The position numbers were made by a program, and so were the translations under genes. A stretch of DNA of 63,414 nucleotides from a virus (taxonomy: Duplodnaviria; Caudoviricetes), in IMG/VR virus record IMGVR_UViG_3300029822_000009, positions 1-63,414 of that record; one strand, written 5' to 3'. Of this stretch, positions 1 through 9,684 are shown one piece after another. How positions within the stretch are numbered: position 1 is the stretch's first letter; each line of letters opens with the position of its first letter. The notes below the pieces were generated by a model. That model ran no database searches. It saw only the letters and a list, made by a program, of their open reading frames with translations, and was not told the DNA's origin.

Positions 1-707
1 TCAGATATTGGTTTAGTAAAGTCATATATAAAATATTGTGTAGTAAATTCATTAACATAACTATTCCAATAACTACTAGATGTAGATATACACCATGATT
101 TAGAACCAATTTTACAAGATGCATCGTAATCATTTACTTGTACGATTAGCATTTCTTCTGATTCTAATACGATATCAACATTTAAACCTTCCATTTTTTT
201 CTTTATTGTTTCTAAATTAAATCCACCCTTTAAATTCTCTATTAATCCTTTTGTGTCATTATACATATCATTTGAATTTTTAAATCTACCTCCTTTTTTA
301 GAATAAAAATCTTTTATCATGGGTGCAACATCAATGTTTAATTCTATTAACTTTTTTAGTTTTTCATCTGCTAACTCTCTTGTTCTACTTGGTATAGCAT
401 TAATAACTTGATTTACTTTTTTATTTATCTCAAAATTTTGAATATAATCGAATAAATCTTCAGCTTTATTAAATTCTTCAATTGGTTTATCAATATTAAC
501 ATTTTTTAATTCTTTAAATACGGTTTCTAATTCTTCAAATGGTGTTCTATCAACAAACATCCATTTTGTAAATTGTCCAATATAACCCATGTTTCTAGAT
601 AACATATCTCTTAATTTTAGAAATTCAGGATCTTTTTCATTTATTCTTCTATCGCTTAATATTTTTTTAGCCTTTTGTAAGTTCTCAAATAATTTATACT
701 TTAACAT
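1..707 (-). CDS. Hypothetical protein, runs off window start; paralog of 32694..34151
   Basis: ATG at 707, MLKYKLFENLQKAKKIL..., open to base 1. Shares a SWCI..S.SYW..YV motif with 32694..34151. Not in the ORF track. Confidence 0.75.
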   Translation of the reverse strand, partial: MLKYKLFENLQKAKKILSDRRINEKDPEFLKLRDMLSRNMGYIGQFTKWMFVDRTPFEELETVFKELKNVNIDKPIEEFNKAEDLFDYIQNFEINKKVNQVINAIPSRTRELADEKLKKLIELNIDVAPMIKDFYSKKGGRFKNSNDMYNDTKGLIENLKGGFNLETIKKKMEGLNVDIVLESEEMLIVQVNDYDASCKIGSKSWCISTSSSYWNSYVNEFTTQYFIYDFTKPIS

Positions 708-747
708 AACCTTATATTATTTTTTATTTATATATTAAATTCTTAAT

Positions 748-1275
748 TTAATAAATTACACTACACATTATCATATAGTCGTCTAAAAATTTTATTAAAT
801 GTTTAATAGTCGGACATATATAATTAAATTTTAATTGTCTATGATTGTTTATATGTTTTACTGTTATAAAATGATTATAATTATTAATATAATAATAACT
901 TTCTCCATCACTGATAAATAAACTTGTAAATTTTGCTCTTATAGGATCTTCCCCCTGTTCTAACATATTAAATCTAGCATAATTCATATTATTGTTATCA
1001 ACTTTAATCTGTTTTTCTATTAAATCAACTTCTTCGTCACTAAATCTAACTACTGTTCTATTACGAACTAATCCATCTAAAAATGTTTGATAAATATAAA
1101 AATAATCTTTAATTTTATCTCCGAATTCTTTAGCTAAATCATACAAATGATTTAATGTTAATATTCTAAATTTTTCTTCTAATGATTCATCCTCTAATAA
1201 CTTTAATATATGTTCTTCACTTTTTGGTTTTAAAAGATGTCTTATTGATTCATTATATGTTTTTAAATGTTTCAT
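748..1275 (-). CDS. Hypothetical protein with MKHLKTYNESIRHLLKPKSEE leader
   Basis: ORF track; leader shared with several ORFs. Confidence 0.7.
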   Translation of the reverse strand: MKHLKTYNESIRHLLKPKSEEHILKLLEDESLEEKFRILTLNHLYDLAKEFGDKIKDYFYIYQTFLDGLVRNRTVVRFSDEEVDLIEKQIKVDNNNMNYARFNMLEQGEDPIRAKFTSLFISDGESYYYINNYNHFITVKHINNHRQLKFNYICPTIKHLIKFLDDYMIMCSVIY

Positions 1276-1818
1276 AATAATCCTTTATTTTTAAGTTGTT
1301 TTATATCATCAGCAACTCCATGATCTTCTGATAAATACCATTTAACAATATCTTCTTTTTCCTTCATTATATATTTTAATATATCATATCTTTTATAATC
1401 TAAACAAGTTACAATAGAATTTCTAGATAAATCATCTATCATTAAAATATCAATATCTTTATGATCTAATAAAAGTTTAACAATATCAAAATTATTATAA
1501 GCAATAGCGGCATTTAATGGATTTTCTGTTCTATAAAAATTATCTTCTGGATTTGGATACATACCAATATCTAATAAATATATTAACAATATCAATATTT
1601 CCATATTTTGATGCTAGTACTAATGGGTAATTATGATCTTCTGGTAATCCTTTAATATATGATTCTAATTGTTTAACAATATCGATAAGACCATATTTAC
1701 AAGCTACTAATAATTTATCCCAGTAACCTAAACTATCTAATTGTTTAGATATTTCTTCTTCACTCTTTGGTTTCAAAAGATGTTTAATTGATTCATTGTA
1801 TGTTTTTAAATATTTCAT
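1272..1818 (-). pseudogene. Ankyrin-repeat protein split by a 1-nt frameshift near 1580
   Basis: 1540..1818 (ACKYG, ASKYGNIDIV) and 1272..1604 (YLLDIG...PLNAAIAYNNFDIVKLLL) join into continuous ankyrin repeats if one base is removed. Confidence 0.65.
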
Positions 1819-1847
1819 TTAAAAATTAATATATTTTAAACTATATA

Positions 1848-2501
1848 TTAATTTTTAATACCGAAATAACATAATAAAAAACTATCATTTATATCATCAA
1901 ATGGTTTTGGGATATTTTTAGGTTTTAATAATATCTCACTGTTATTTTTTATGTAATCTAAATAATTATTATTTAAGTCTAATTTCATTAAACATTCCAT
2001 CATATCTTTTTTATCGAAAACTCCACCTGCTTTACCTTTTTCATTTCTAGCAATTCCTTTTTTATCTACTTCATAAACGTATTCTGATATGGTTTTTTTA
2101 AGAGTAGATGGTGGAATGATATGAAGTTTAACATTTGGGTTTTTAAGTAATTTATGACGTATTAAAGTACCAAATACAACTAGATCAATTAATCTTCCTT
2201 GTGCGGATGAATAAGAATATCCTTCAATAAAAACTTTAGTTTCTTGATCAATCATTTTTTCTATATCTTGTATAATCTTATCAGTAACCAAATCATATAT
2301 TTTAATTTTTTCAGTTTCAGATTCAGAAAAATCATCACAATCTTCAAATTGATGAAAATTAAAATTTACCATATTATCAATTTCTTTAATCCATTTATAA
2401 TTTGATTTTTTGTTAGTATAATTATATAAAGTGAATTCGTTATTTTTAAAAATAGTTATTGCGGTAGAATTTAATGATGGATCTATTCCAATTATTATCA
2501 T
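1848..2501 (-). CDS. RuvC-like Holliday junction resolvase
   Basis: IIGIDPSLNST, FIEGYSY, PPSTLKK, DDINDS: RNase H-fold acidic motifs. Confidence 0.8.
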   Translation of the reverse strand: MIIIGIDPSLNSTAITIFKNNEFTLYNYTNKKSNYKWIKEIDNMVNFNFHQFEDCDDFSESETEKIKIYDLVTDKIIQDIEKMIDQETKVFIEGYSYSSAQGRLIDLVVFGTLIRHKLLKNPNVKLHIIPPSTLKKTISEYVYEVDKKGIARNEKGKAGGVFDKKDMMECLMKLDLNNNYLDYIKNNSEILLKPKNIPKPFDDINDSFLLCYFGIKN

Positions 2502-2550
2502 ATTTAATTTTTTTATTTTTATATATAATAAAAAATTAGTTCAACCATAA

Positions 2551-3591
2551 ATGATTGTAAAATATAATATGTTTAATGAGTCTATAAGACAATATTTAAA
2601 ACCTAAAAGTGAAGAAGAAATAGAAAGACATATTAAATCGTTAAATATTAGTGTATTAAATAGGTTTTATATGGCACTAAAATATGGTGTATTTAATATT
2701 ATAAAAGATATTATTAATAATAATCCAAATATAATTTCAACAAATAATAATATTGCAATAAGAACTGCAAGTGAATATGGGTATTATGATATAGTAAAAT
2801 ATTTATTATATGAAATAGATAAAAGAAAAGGTAATTATGATGCAATATTTAAAGTTGATAATGTTTTTACAATGTCATCAATAGATAAAGCATATAATAA
2901 TAAACATTATAATATAGTAGAATTATTATTAAAACACCCAAAATGTAAAGATTATTTAAGTGATAAAATAATAAATATTTATAAAGAACATATAGAAGAT
3001 TATAAAAAACAAAAAGAATATTTAAAACAATTAGGACTAAAAAACGAATCAATTAAACATCTTTTAAAACCAAAAAACGAAGATGATATTATAAATAGTT
3101 TAGAAAAATTAAAACCTAATGAAAAAATAAGAACCATATTTAAATATGGTCTAAGACATTTAATCAGTGATGATGAATTAAAAGAATTACTTAACAATAC
3201 TAACGATGGTGAAATATTAGATATTATAATTGATAATAATTTACTAAATTTAGTTAATAATGATACAATTGGAAAATTATTAAATAAACACAAATCACCA
3301 TTAGATATTTTAATTAAATATCCTGATTTATTAGAATATTTAGAAGATGATTATTTTTTAAAAGATCAATTATCTTATTATAATATTGAAATATTAATAA
3401 GTATATTATATCAATACCCACATATTAAAAGTTTATTTAGTAATAAAGAAATTGAAGAAATTGAACATATGTTTAAAGATTATGTGTATAATTACACTGA
3501 TGTTAATGACATGTTGGCATACATAGACGAATATGATTTATTAAAATTTTTTACAGAAAAAGAAATTAGAGAATTAGAAAAAGAATTATAG
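2551..3591 (+). CDS. Ankyrin-repeat protein with two copies of the NESI..LKPK leader
   Basis: AIRTASEYGYYDIVKYLL, HYNIVELLLKHP; internal NESIKHLLKPKNEDD. Confidence 0.7.
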   Translation: MIVKYNMFNESIRQYLKPKSEEEIERHIKSLNISVLNRFYMALKYGVFNIIKDIINNNPNIISTNNNIAIRTASEYGYYDIVKYLLYEIDKRKGNYDAIFKVDNVFTMSSIDKAYNNKHYNIVELLLKHPKCKDYLSDKIINIYKEHIEDYKKQKEYLKQLGLKNESIKHLLKPKNEDDIINSLEKLKPNEKIRTIFKYGLRHLISDDELKELLNNTNDGEILDIIIDNNLLNLVNNDTIGKLLNKHKSPLDILIKYPDLLEYLEDDYFLKDQLSYYNIEILISILYQYPHIKSLFSNKEIEEIEHMFKDYVYNYTDVNDMLAYIDEYDLLKFFTEKEIRELEKEL

Positions 3592-3671
3592 ATTATTGTT
3601 TAAAACTTTTTAATAAATTTTATGTATAATATGCATATAGATATTTAAATATCTTAAAAAATAATAATAGG

Positions 3672-4046
3672 ATGGACTGCCCTATTTATTCAAAACACAA
3701 AAATATCATTAATGGTATTTATATGGATCGAAACCCATCAACATGGAAAGAAATACCATTAATTGATGATATTGATGCAGAAGATGATGATGGCGAATTA
3801 TTTGCATTATTCAAAGATGTTAAAATATATGACATTGAACAACTATCAGGATTCACCAACCCAAAAGATATACACAATATACAAGAAACAATATTTGTAA
3901 TTAGAAGAAATGGTAATTATTACTTATGTGAAACACAGGGAGAAAATTATGTTAAATTCTCTACTAATATAACAAAAGTAGATTTTGTTCAAATATACGA
4001 TAGATTAAATAAAATTAAAAAAATTAGAGAAAATTTAAATAGTTAA
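3672..4046 (+). CDS. Hypothetical protein, C-terminal RLNKIKKI tag
   Basis: ORF track. Confidence 0.65.
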   Translation: MDCPIYSKHKNIINGIYMDRNPSTWKEIPLIDDIDAEDDDGELFALFKDVKIYDIEQLSGFTNPKDIHNIQETIFVIRRNGNYYLCETQGENYVKFSTNITKVDFVQIYDRLNKIKKIRENLNS

Positions 4047-4622
4047 TTTTATTTTTTTCTTTATTTTATTTATTTTAATATTTCTTAAACCACTAATTGA
4101 ACTATTTTTATCAACAGTAAAAAAATCAAACTCATCAGGAATATATTGTAAACTATAATTTTTAACAACACTCATTATAACCTTATTAGTTATATATTTA
4201 TTCATAGTATTAAAATCATCTCTAATTTTTACACCACTAAAAAATTCATGTGCATCATCAATCAATATCATATCAAAGTTATGACCTCTTGGTATATCTG
4301 TAAATATCATAATATTTGTACCATTAATTAATTGAATTGAATTTGAATTTTTACCAAATTTTGCATAATGTGTTAAAATATTATTATATAATCTTGTATT
4401 TTCTAAAAAACGTTCTAATATTCTATGTTTTTCTTTCTCATATTCTACTAAAAATAATATTTTACTATTAGGTTTTCTATTGCTAAATTGAATAGTATAA
4501 TCAATTAAAAAATCAGTTTTTGATGTTTTTCTATCAGAAGATAATATTAAATATTTATATCTATCAGATAAATAATATCTATATTGATTCATTCTATTAA
4601 TATCATCTTTTGTATAAATCAT
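4035..4622 (-). CDS. Terminase-ATPase-like fragment (degenerate), C-terminal RNIKINKI tag
   Basis: LSSDRKTSKT (Walker A-like), IQLINGTNI, PRGHNFDMILIDDA (Walker B-like). Confidence 0.55.
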   Translation of the reverse strand: MIYTKDDINRMNQYRYYLSDRYKYLILSSDRKTSKTDFLIDYTIQFSNRKPNSKILFLVEYEKEKHRILERFLENTRLYNNILTHYAKFGKNSNSIQLINGTNIMIFTDIPRGHNFDMILIDDAHEFFSGVKIRDDFNTMNKYITNKVIMSVVKNYSLQYIPDEFDFFTVDKNSSISGLRNIKINKIKKKIKLTI

Positions 4623-4670
4623 TTTACGATTCTATTTTTTTAATATATAACATAAAATAAAAATTGTTTA

Positions 4671-5498
4671 ATGATAGGAGAACATAGAAATTTTGATGAT
4701 GTTTATTTTAGAATGGTTAGTGCAGCATTAGTAAAAACTTTAAATAGATGTATATCTTGGATAAATTATTTTGAAGATCAAAAAATCAGAGTAATAGTAC
4801 CATTTTATATGTCAGTTGCTGGTAGTGATAAATTTGTACTTGACGCTTTTGTTGATGATGTTGTAGATGCTAGAATAGAATTAAATACTGATCAAATACC
4901 AAGAGGAATAGTATCCTTTAATGGATTTAGTACAAAAACAGGTGAATTTGCAAACCCAAACCAATATATATCAAAGAAAACTGAAATGGATGGTGATATG
5001 AAATCATTTATTATGAAAACAAAAGGAATACCAGTTGATATAAATTATGATATAGACATTGTTTTAATGACAGAAATAGATGTAATGAAAGCTTCTGAAA
5101 AAATAATTAATATGTTATTTAACTGGATGTTTTTTAACATTGATTATTATGGTATAAAGGTCGACTGCAGTTTTACTTTACCTGATGATAAAAGTATAGA
5201 GATAGTAAGAGAACAAAACTTAGATTCTGATGTAAAGAAACATATTAAATTTTCATTAGTAGTCAGTACATATTATCCTAGTTTTTATCATGATACTGAT
5301 CAGTATATTATTTGTGACAATGATCAAGAACTAAATTGGAATAGAATATGTTTCATGAGACCTTCTTTAAGAGATAAAAGTGAATTAGAATCAATTAAGC
5401 CTGTATATTGGAAAAATTGGATTTGGGATAAAGATGATTATTATAATGATAAACCAGATGGTCAAGATAGATTAAATTTACCGCCTGAAAATTTTTAA
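4671..5498 (+). CDS. Tail terminator / sheath stabiliser (T4 gp15-like)
   Basis: IRVIVPFY, QIPRGIV, IPVDINYDIDI..EKIINML pattern recalls gp15; late-type promoter upstream. Confidence 0.6.
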   Translation: MIGEHRNFDDVYFRMVSAALVKTLNRCISWINYFEDQKIRVIVPFYMSVAGSDKFVLDAFVDDVVDARIELNTDQIPRGIVSFNGFSTKTGEFANPNQYISKKTEMDGDMKSFIMKTKGIPVDINYDIDIVLMTEIDVMKASEKIINMLFNWMFFNIDYYGIKVDCSFTLPDDKSIEIVREQNLDSDVKKHIKFSLVVSTYYPSFYHDTDQYIICDNDQELNWNRICFMRPSLRDKSELESIKPVYWKNWIWDKDDYYNDKPDGQDRLNLPPENF

Positions 5499-5642
5499 TT
5501 ACGGATAAAATATTTTTAACCATCTATTCTTATAAGAAACATTGAATGCGCTTTTAGATTTATCAGAAAATTCTTTAACTCCTTTATATTTTAAAGATTC
5601 TTCTTTACATTTTTCAAATGTCCAATAATTTTTTGGTTTCAT
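5499..5642 (-). CDS. 47-aa single-repeat mini-protein of the YWT(F/Y)EKCKEE family
   Basis: MKPKNYWTFEKCKEESLKYKGVKEFSDKSKSAFNVSYKNRWLKIFYP; ATGA overlap with upstream stop; not in the ORF track. Confidence 0.65.
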   Translation of the reverse strand: MKPKNYWTFEKCKEESLKYKGVKEFSDKSKSAFNVSYKNRWLKIFYP

Positions 5643-6535
5643 TTGTTATTATTATTTTTTAATTCATATTCATTATAAAATGAATCTACTCCTATCATTT
5701 TAATTATATCATCTTTCCATTTTTCATCCCTATTGTATATTAATGAATAATGATATTTATATTTTTTAAAAATATTTTCACCTTCTTCTGTAAAATAATT
5801 TTTATAAAAATCACCATTATACTTACCTAATCCTGAATTTATTAAAAATAGTTTTGCATCTTTTACTGCACTAAAAACTGGTAATTGTGACTTAAATAAT
5901 TTATCTAAAATTTTATCTTTTACATATAAAGGTTCTAATATTATCATAAAATTAACAGTATAACCTATACCTGCATTACTTTTTATATAATCACATTTTA
6001 TTCTACATCCATTGTCAAATGATACAGATCCATTATTCCAAGTTAAAACACCAGGTTTTAAATAAAAAGGTAAAGAATAATAAATATCTTTAAATATATT
6101 AAGTATTTCAATTGAACTTTGTTTTTTGTGTGATAATATTAAAATTTCTTTATCTACGTTAGATAAGATATATTTCATTAAATACATAGTTAAACTAGCT
6201 GATATTCCCATTTGTCTAGATGATAAAATTGATAAAAATCTATCATTATTAAAATTCCTTAAAATATCTTTTTGGTAATCTCTTAGTTTTATATTTGATA
6301 TTTTATTTAAATTAGGATTATAAACAAATTTAATATCTTCCATAAAATCTATGAAATATTCCATGTTATTTTGTTTGATATTAATTAAAGTTCTTAATTC
6401 TTCGTCAGTATACTCAAATTGAATATTTCCCTTTTTAATATCTGGATTAAGTTTCCAAAAAGGAGTTGTATTTAAAATTGGTTGCAAATTTTCATCCTTG
6501 ATAATATCTACAATTTTAGTATTAAATTTAAACAT
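5639..6535 (-). CDS. Terminase large subunit ATPase-domain paralog, degenerate
   Basis: KLRDYQKDIL, SSRQMGISA (Walker A Lys replaced), LPFYLKPGVLTWNNGSVSFDNGCRI, FYNEYE; no nuclease domain. Confidence 0.7.
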   Translation of the reverse strand: MFKFNTKIVDIIKDENLQPILNTTPFWKLNPDIKKGNIQFEYTDEELRTLINIKQNNMEYFIDFMEDIKFVYNPNLNKISNIKLRDYQKDILRNFNNDRFLSILSSRQMGISASLTMYLMKYILSNVDKEILILSHKKQSSIEILNIFKDIYYSLPFYLKPGVLTWNNGSVSFDNGCRIKCDYIKSNAGIGYTVNFMIILEPLYVKDKILDKLFKSQLPVFSAVKDAKLFLINSGLGKYNGDFYKNYFTEEGENIFKKYKYHYSLIYNRDEKWKDDIIKMIGVDSFYNEYELKNNNNK

Positions 6536-6609
6536 ATTTTTATTGTTTTTTTTTCTGTCAGAAAAAAATTGACATAATTTATATATTTAAATTTAAAAGT
6601 CTAAAAACA

Positions 6610-6640
6610 AAAAAGGTGATTAAAAATTAATCACCTTTTT
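6610..6640. terminator. Rho-independent terminator
   Basis: aaaaaggtgattaa-aaa-ttaatcaccttttt inverted repeat with A/T tails. Confidence 0.7.
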
Positions 6641-6995
6641 AAAGATATTGATTAAAACCATATTTGTCCTTTTTTATTCTTGGTGAACCATAATTTACCT
6701 TATTAATAACATTATTATGTAAATAATTTTTAAAATATTTTTTAATTATATCATATAAATAATTTTCATTATTACTATATTGTGATAAACCCTTATATAT
6801 TAGGTAATCTACCCATAAAGTATTATACCTTATATCATAAGAAAACATTAATTTATTACCATTTTTATATTTTAATAAATAATTGTCTTTTTGGTGATTA
6901 TATGGAATGACACTATTAATTATATTAACAATGAAACGCTCTTCAGGTTTCATTCGTAATTCTTTTATTTTATTTATTTTTTCATTTAAATCCAT
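6639..6995 (-). CDS. Hypothetical protein (likely start MDLNEK at 6995)
   Basis: ORF track 6639..7019, internal ATG. Confidence 0.6.
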   Translation of the reverse strand: MDLNEKINKIKELRMKPEERFIVNIINSVIPYNHQKDNYLLKYKNGNKLMFSYDIRYNTLWVDYLIYKGLSQYSNNENYLYDIIKKYFKNYLHNNVINKVNYGSPRIKKDKYGFNQYL

Positions 6996-7491
6996 TAATA
7001 GTTTTAATAATTTCTTCAATTAAATTATCTATGTCCATAATTAAATTGAAATCACCATATTTATCTTGAAATTTCTTTGTGATATATCTTAACCCATTAA
7101 ATCCTTCTTCTGAACCAATTATAATTTTAAAATTTTTAATATTTTGTCCTTTTGCCCACCATTCACCTAATTCAAATCTAGTTGTTTGTGCATAACTTCT
7201 ACCATCTACCTTATCTTTTTCTTCCGCTAACCAAAAAACTATAATACCTTGTTTTGATGATAATTCTAAATGATGTGATTCCCAATCTACTTGTTCATCA
7301 TATATAAAATTATCAACATTTAATCTTTTAGGTGAACATATAATAACATTTTTGTCAATATCAATTGATTTAATTTTATTAATAATTTTATCATGCCAAT
7401 TTGATGAACCTTGAATTGGACCAGCTAAAAATATAACAATATCAGTTGGAGAAATGTCAATATATTCAGGTGATATTAAAATTTTAATCAT
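6982..7491 (-). CDS. Nucleoside 2-deoxyribosyltransferase-like protein
   Basis: IFLAGPIQG..W, EQVDWE..HL, IVFWL, TTRFELGEW. Confidence 0.8.
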   Translation of the reverse strand: MIKILISPEYIDISPTDIVIFLAGPIQGSSNWHDKIINKIKSIDIDKNVIICSPKRLNVDNFIYDEQVDWESHHLELSSKQGIIVFWLAEEKDKVDGRSYAQTTRFELGEWWAKGQNIKNFKIIIGSEEGFNGLRYITKKFQDKYGDFNLIMDIDNLIEEIIKTINGFK

Positions 7492-8126
7492 TTTTTATCT
7501 TTTATTTTAATTTCATCCATAAAAACATTTTCATCATAATGGTTTCTAATACCATTTATCTGAAATTTTATTAAATCTTCAGATACTGGTGTGAAATGCC
7601 AAGCATCAACACCTACATTAATCATATTTCTTTTAACTTTCCATGTTCCGTGTATGTGTCCAATAATATTCATCATTTGTGGTTTTCTATTTGTAGGAAA
7701 ATGATTAATATATATTTTTTCTCCATCAATTTCAATTTCTAATTCATCAACTATTTTAGTAAAGTATTCTGATAAAATTTCATCTGAAATTTCATATTTA
7801 GCAGTTCCTCCATTTTCAACGGATTTATCATAATTTCCTTTAACTAACCATTTTTCACCATTTAATTTTTTTAAATTATCTAATCCTTTTTTAGTCATTG
7901 ATACATCACCTACAACTATAACTAAATCTTCATCATTTATATTATCATTCCATTTTTGAATAATATATTCATCTACTTCTTTAGAATTTTTAAACATTAA
8001 ATCTCTACCATATAGATTCAATCTATCATCATCAAAGTGTAAATCTGAAGTAAAAAATCTTTTTCTTTCTTTCTTTTTTTCTAATAATTTGTTTTTCTCA
8101 AATTCATTCAAATTTAATATTTTCAT
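7488..8126 (-). CDS. Calcineurin-like metallophosphoesterase
   Basis: FFTSDLHF, VVGD, KGNYD, NHFP, GHIHG, NVGVDAW; likely start MKILNLNEFEK at 8126. Confidence 0.85.
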   Translation of the reverse strand: MKILNLNEFEKNKLLEKKKERKRFFTSDLHFDDDRLNLYGRDLMFKNSKEVDEYIIQKWNDNINDEDLVIVVGDVSMTKKGLDNLKKLNGEKWLVKGNYDKSVENGGTAKYEISDEILSEYFTKIVDELEIEIDGEKIYINHFPTNRKPQMMNIIGHIHGTWKVKRNMINVGVDAWHFTPVSEDLIKFQINGIRNHYDENVFMDEIKIKDKK

Positions 8127-8149
8127 TTTTATTTTATTTATTTTTTCAT

Positions 8150-9565
8150 TTAAATCCATTTTACAGAATATAAATCTGTTAATTTATTACCACCCCCATA
8201 ACTTATAGAACTCTGTAAACATTCAGATAAATATTCCATGTATTCAACCATTGTTGAATTTTTCATTTTATTTAATTTAACAGTTCCTTCGATTCTAGAA
8301 GTTTTATTACTTTGTCTTGCTGATGCACTACCATAAAATTCTTTATATTTAACATCATCAATTTCAACTATTCTGCCTGGTGAATCTAGAAAAGCAGATA
8401 ACATACCACCAACCATTACCATTGATGAACCCAATACAATAGATTTAGATATATCACCAGGATTTCTAATTCCGCCATCACATATAATATGTTTTTTAGT
8501 TACAGATGCACATTGGTTAACGATCGATGCTTGAATATTCCTACTACCAAAACCTGTTGTAGGCCATGTTGTACAGGCAGAATTATGAACTACTATACCT
8601 TCTATGTTGTATGATTCATCATCTTCTACAGTTAGATCAATAACATCACCGTTATAATCGTATTCTTCTATTCTTTCAATTTGTATTAATTGTAAATCAA
8701 TATTATCAACTTTTATATCATCAATTATTGTATTATATTTAACTAATAAATGTACTTCTTTATCTAACGATGATGATTCTATCCATTTAGCATAATTTTC
8801 AATATTAATATTATTAACAACTTCTTTGTCTTTTTTATCAATAACATAAAATTCATGATTAAGTGTACACATGGGTAAATCATTTATTTTTAATAAAATA
8901 TCCTTATTGTCATATTTATGAGTTTGTAAAACTTTACGATATATATGGTTATGTGTTAAAACAAAGTCACCAATATTAATATCCTTAATTGAAACTAATC
9001 CTTTATTTGTTAGAACTTTTGCATCTGGTGTAAAACATCCAGGTCCCACACCCACTTTTATTCCATCAGCTCCCCATTTATCTAAATCGACAGTTGCTTC
9101 AATACTTGATACATTACCAGCAATAATAAAAATATCATCACCGAAGTTTTCTTTAATAAATTTAATCATCCTTTTCATTTTTTTAGAATGACCATGTGCT
9201 ATATCAATGGTAACATAATCAGGTATCAAATTTTCTTCTTTTAATTCATTTAATAATTTATAACTATCTTCATTTACACCTATTGAAATAGATGATACTA
9301 AATTTAATTTTTTCATTTTTTTAATGAATGATTTAGAATCAAAATTAAACCTATGCATAACATAAAAGTATCCTTCTTTTGCTAATTTAATTGATAATTC
9401 TTCATTTATAACGGATTCCATGTTAGCTGGCATAACAGGATTTTTAAATGTATATTTACCAAATTTAATACTTGTATCGCATTCTGATCTACTATCTACA
9501 ATACTGTAACGAGGAACTAAATTAATATCATCAAAATCAAATTTCATATTCATATTCATATTCAT
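8150..9565 (-). CDS. guaC: GMP reductase containing an intein
   Basis: FDFDDINLVP, SRSECDTS, PVMPANM, YFYVMHRF, IDIAHGHS, KVGVGPG|SACTT; no CBS domains. Start at the MNMNMNMK run (9547-9565). Confidence 0.9.
   Translation of the reverse strand: MNMNMNMKFDFDDINLVPRYSIVDSRSECDTSIKFGKYTFKNPVMPANMESVINEELSIKLAKEGYFYVMHRFNFDSKSFIKKMKKLNLVSSISIGVNEDSYKLLNELKEENLIPDYVTIDIAHGHSKKMKRMIKFIKENFGDDIFIIAGNVSSIEATVDLDKWGADGIKVGVGPGCFTPDAKVLTNKGLVSIKDINIGDFVLTHNHIYRKVLQTHKYDNKDILLKINDLPMCTLNHEFYVIDKKDKEVVNNINIENYAKWIESSSLDKEVHLLVKYNTIIDDIKVDNIDLQLIQIERIEEYDYNGDVIDLTVEDDESYNIEGIVVHNSACTTWPTTGFGSRNIQASIVNQCASVTKKHIICDGGIRNPGDISKSIVLGSSMVMVGGMLSAFLDSPGRIVEIDDVKYKEFYGSASARQSNKTSRIEGTVKLNKMKNSTMVEYMEYLSECLQSSISYGGGNKLTDLYSVKWI
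8582..9037 (-). mobile_element. 152-aa mini-intein with no endonuclease
   Basis: Begins CFTPDAKV, block B CTLNHEF, block F VIDLTVED, ends VVHN followed by Ser. Confidence 0.9.
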
Positions 9566-9633
9566 ATCTTTATTATTTTTTTCTTTATAATATATTAATA
9601 TAAACTTAAAAAGTTTTTTATAATTAAAAGCAT

Positions 9634-9670
9634 AAAAAGGGAGAATTAATATATTAATTCTCCCTTTTTT
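9634..9670. terminator. Rho-independent terminator
   Basis: aaaaagggagaattaat...attaattctccctttttt. Confidence 0.7.
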
Positions 9671-9684
9671 CAAATATTTATATT

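Larger units (their letters stand above)
6963..8160. repeat. 34-bp perfect direct repeat (6963-6996 and 8127-8160) flanking a two-gene cassette
   Basis: ttttattttatttattttttcatttaaatccatt present at both sites. Confidence 0.85.

Noticed and set aside
1272-3591. Eukaryotic giant virus origin suggested by ankyrins and Hsp70
   Set aside because: T4-like portal, gp4 and gp55 plus bacterial DnaK, NusG and tRNAs indicate a bacteriophage
8150-9673. IMP dehydrogenase (guaB) and the 9673 start
   Set aside because: No CBS domains and GuaC-type N-terminus; the 9673 start lies in a terminator hairpin
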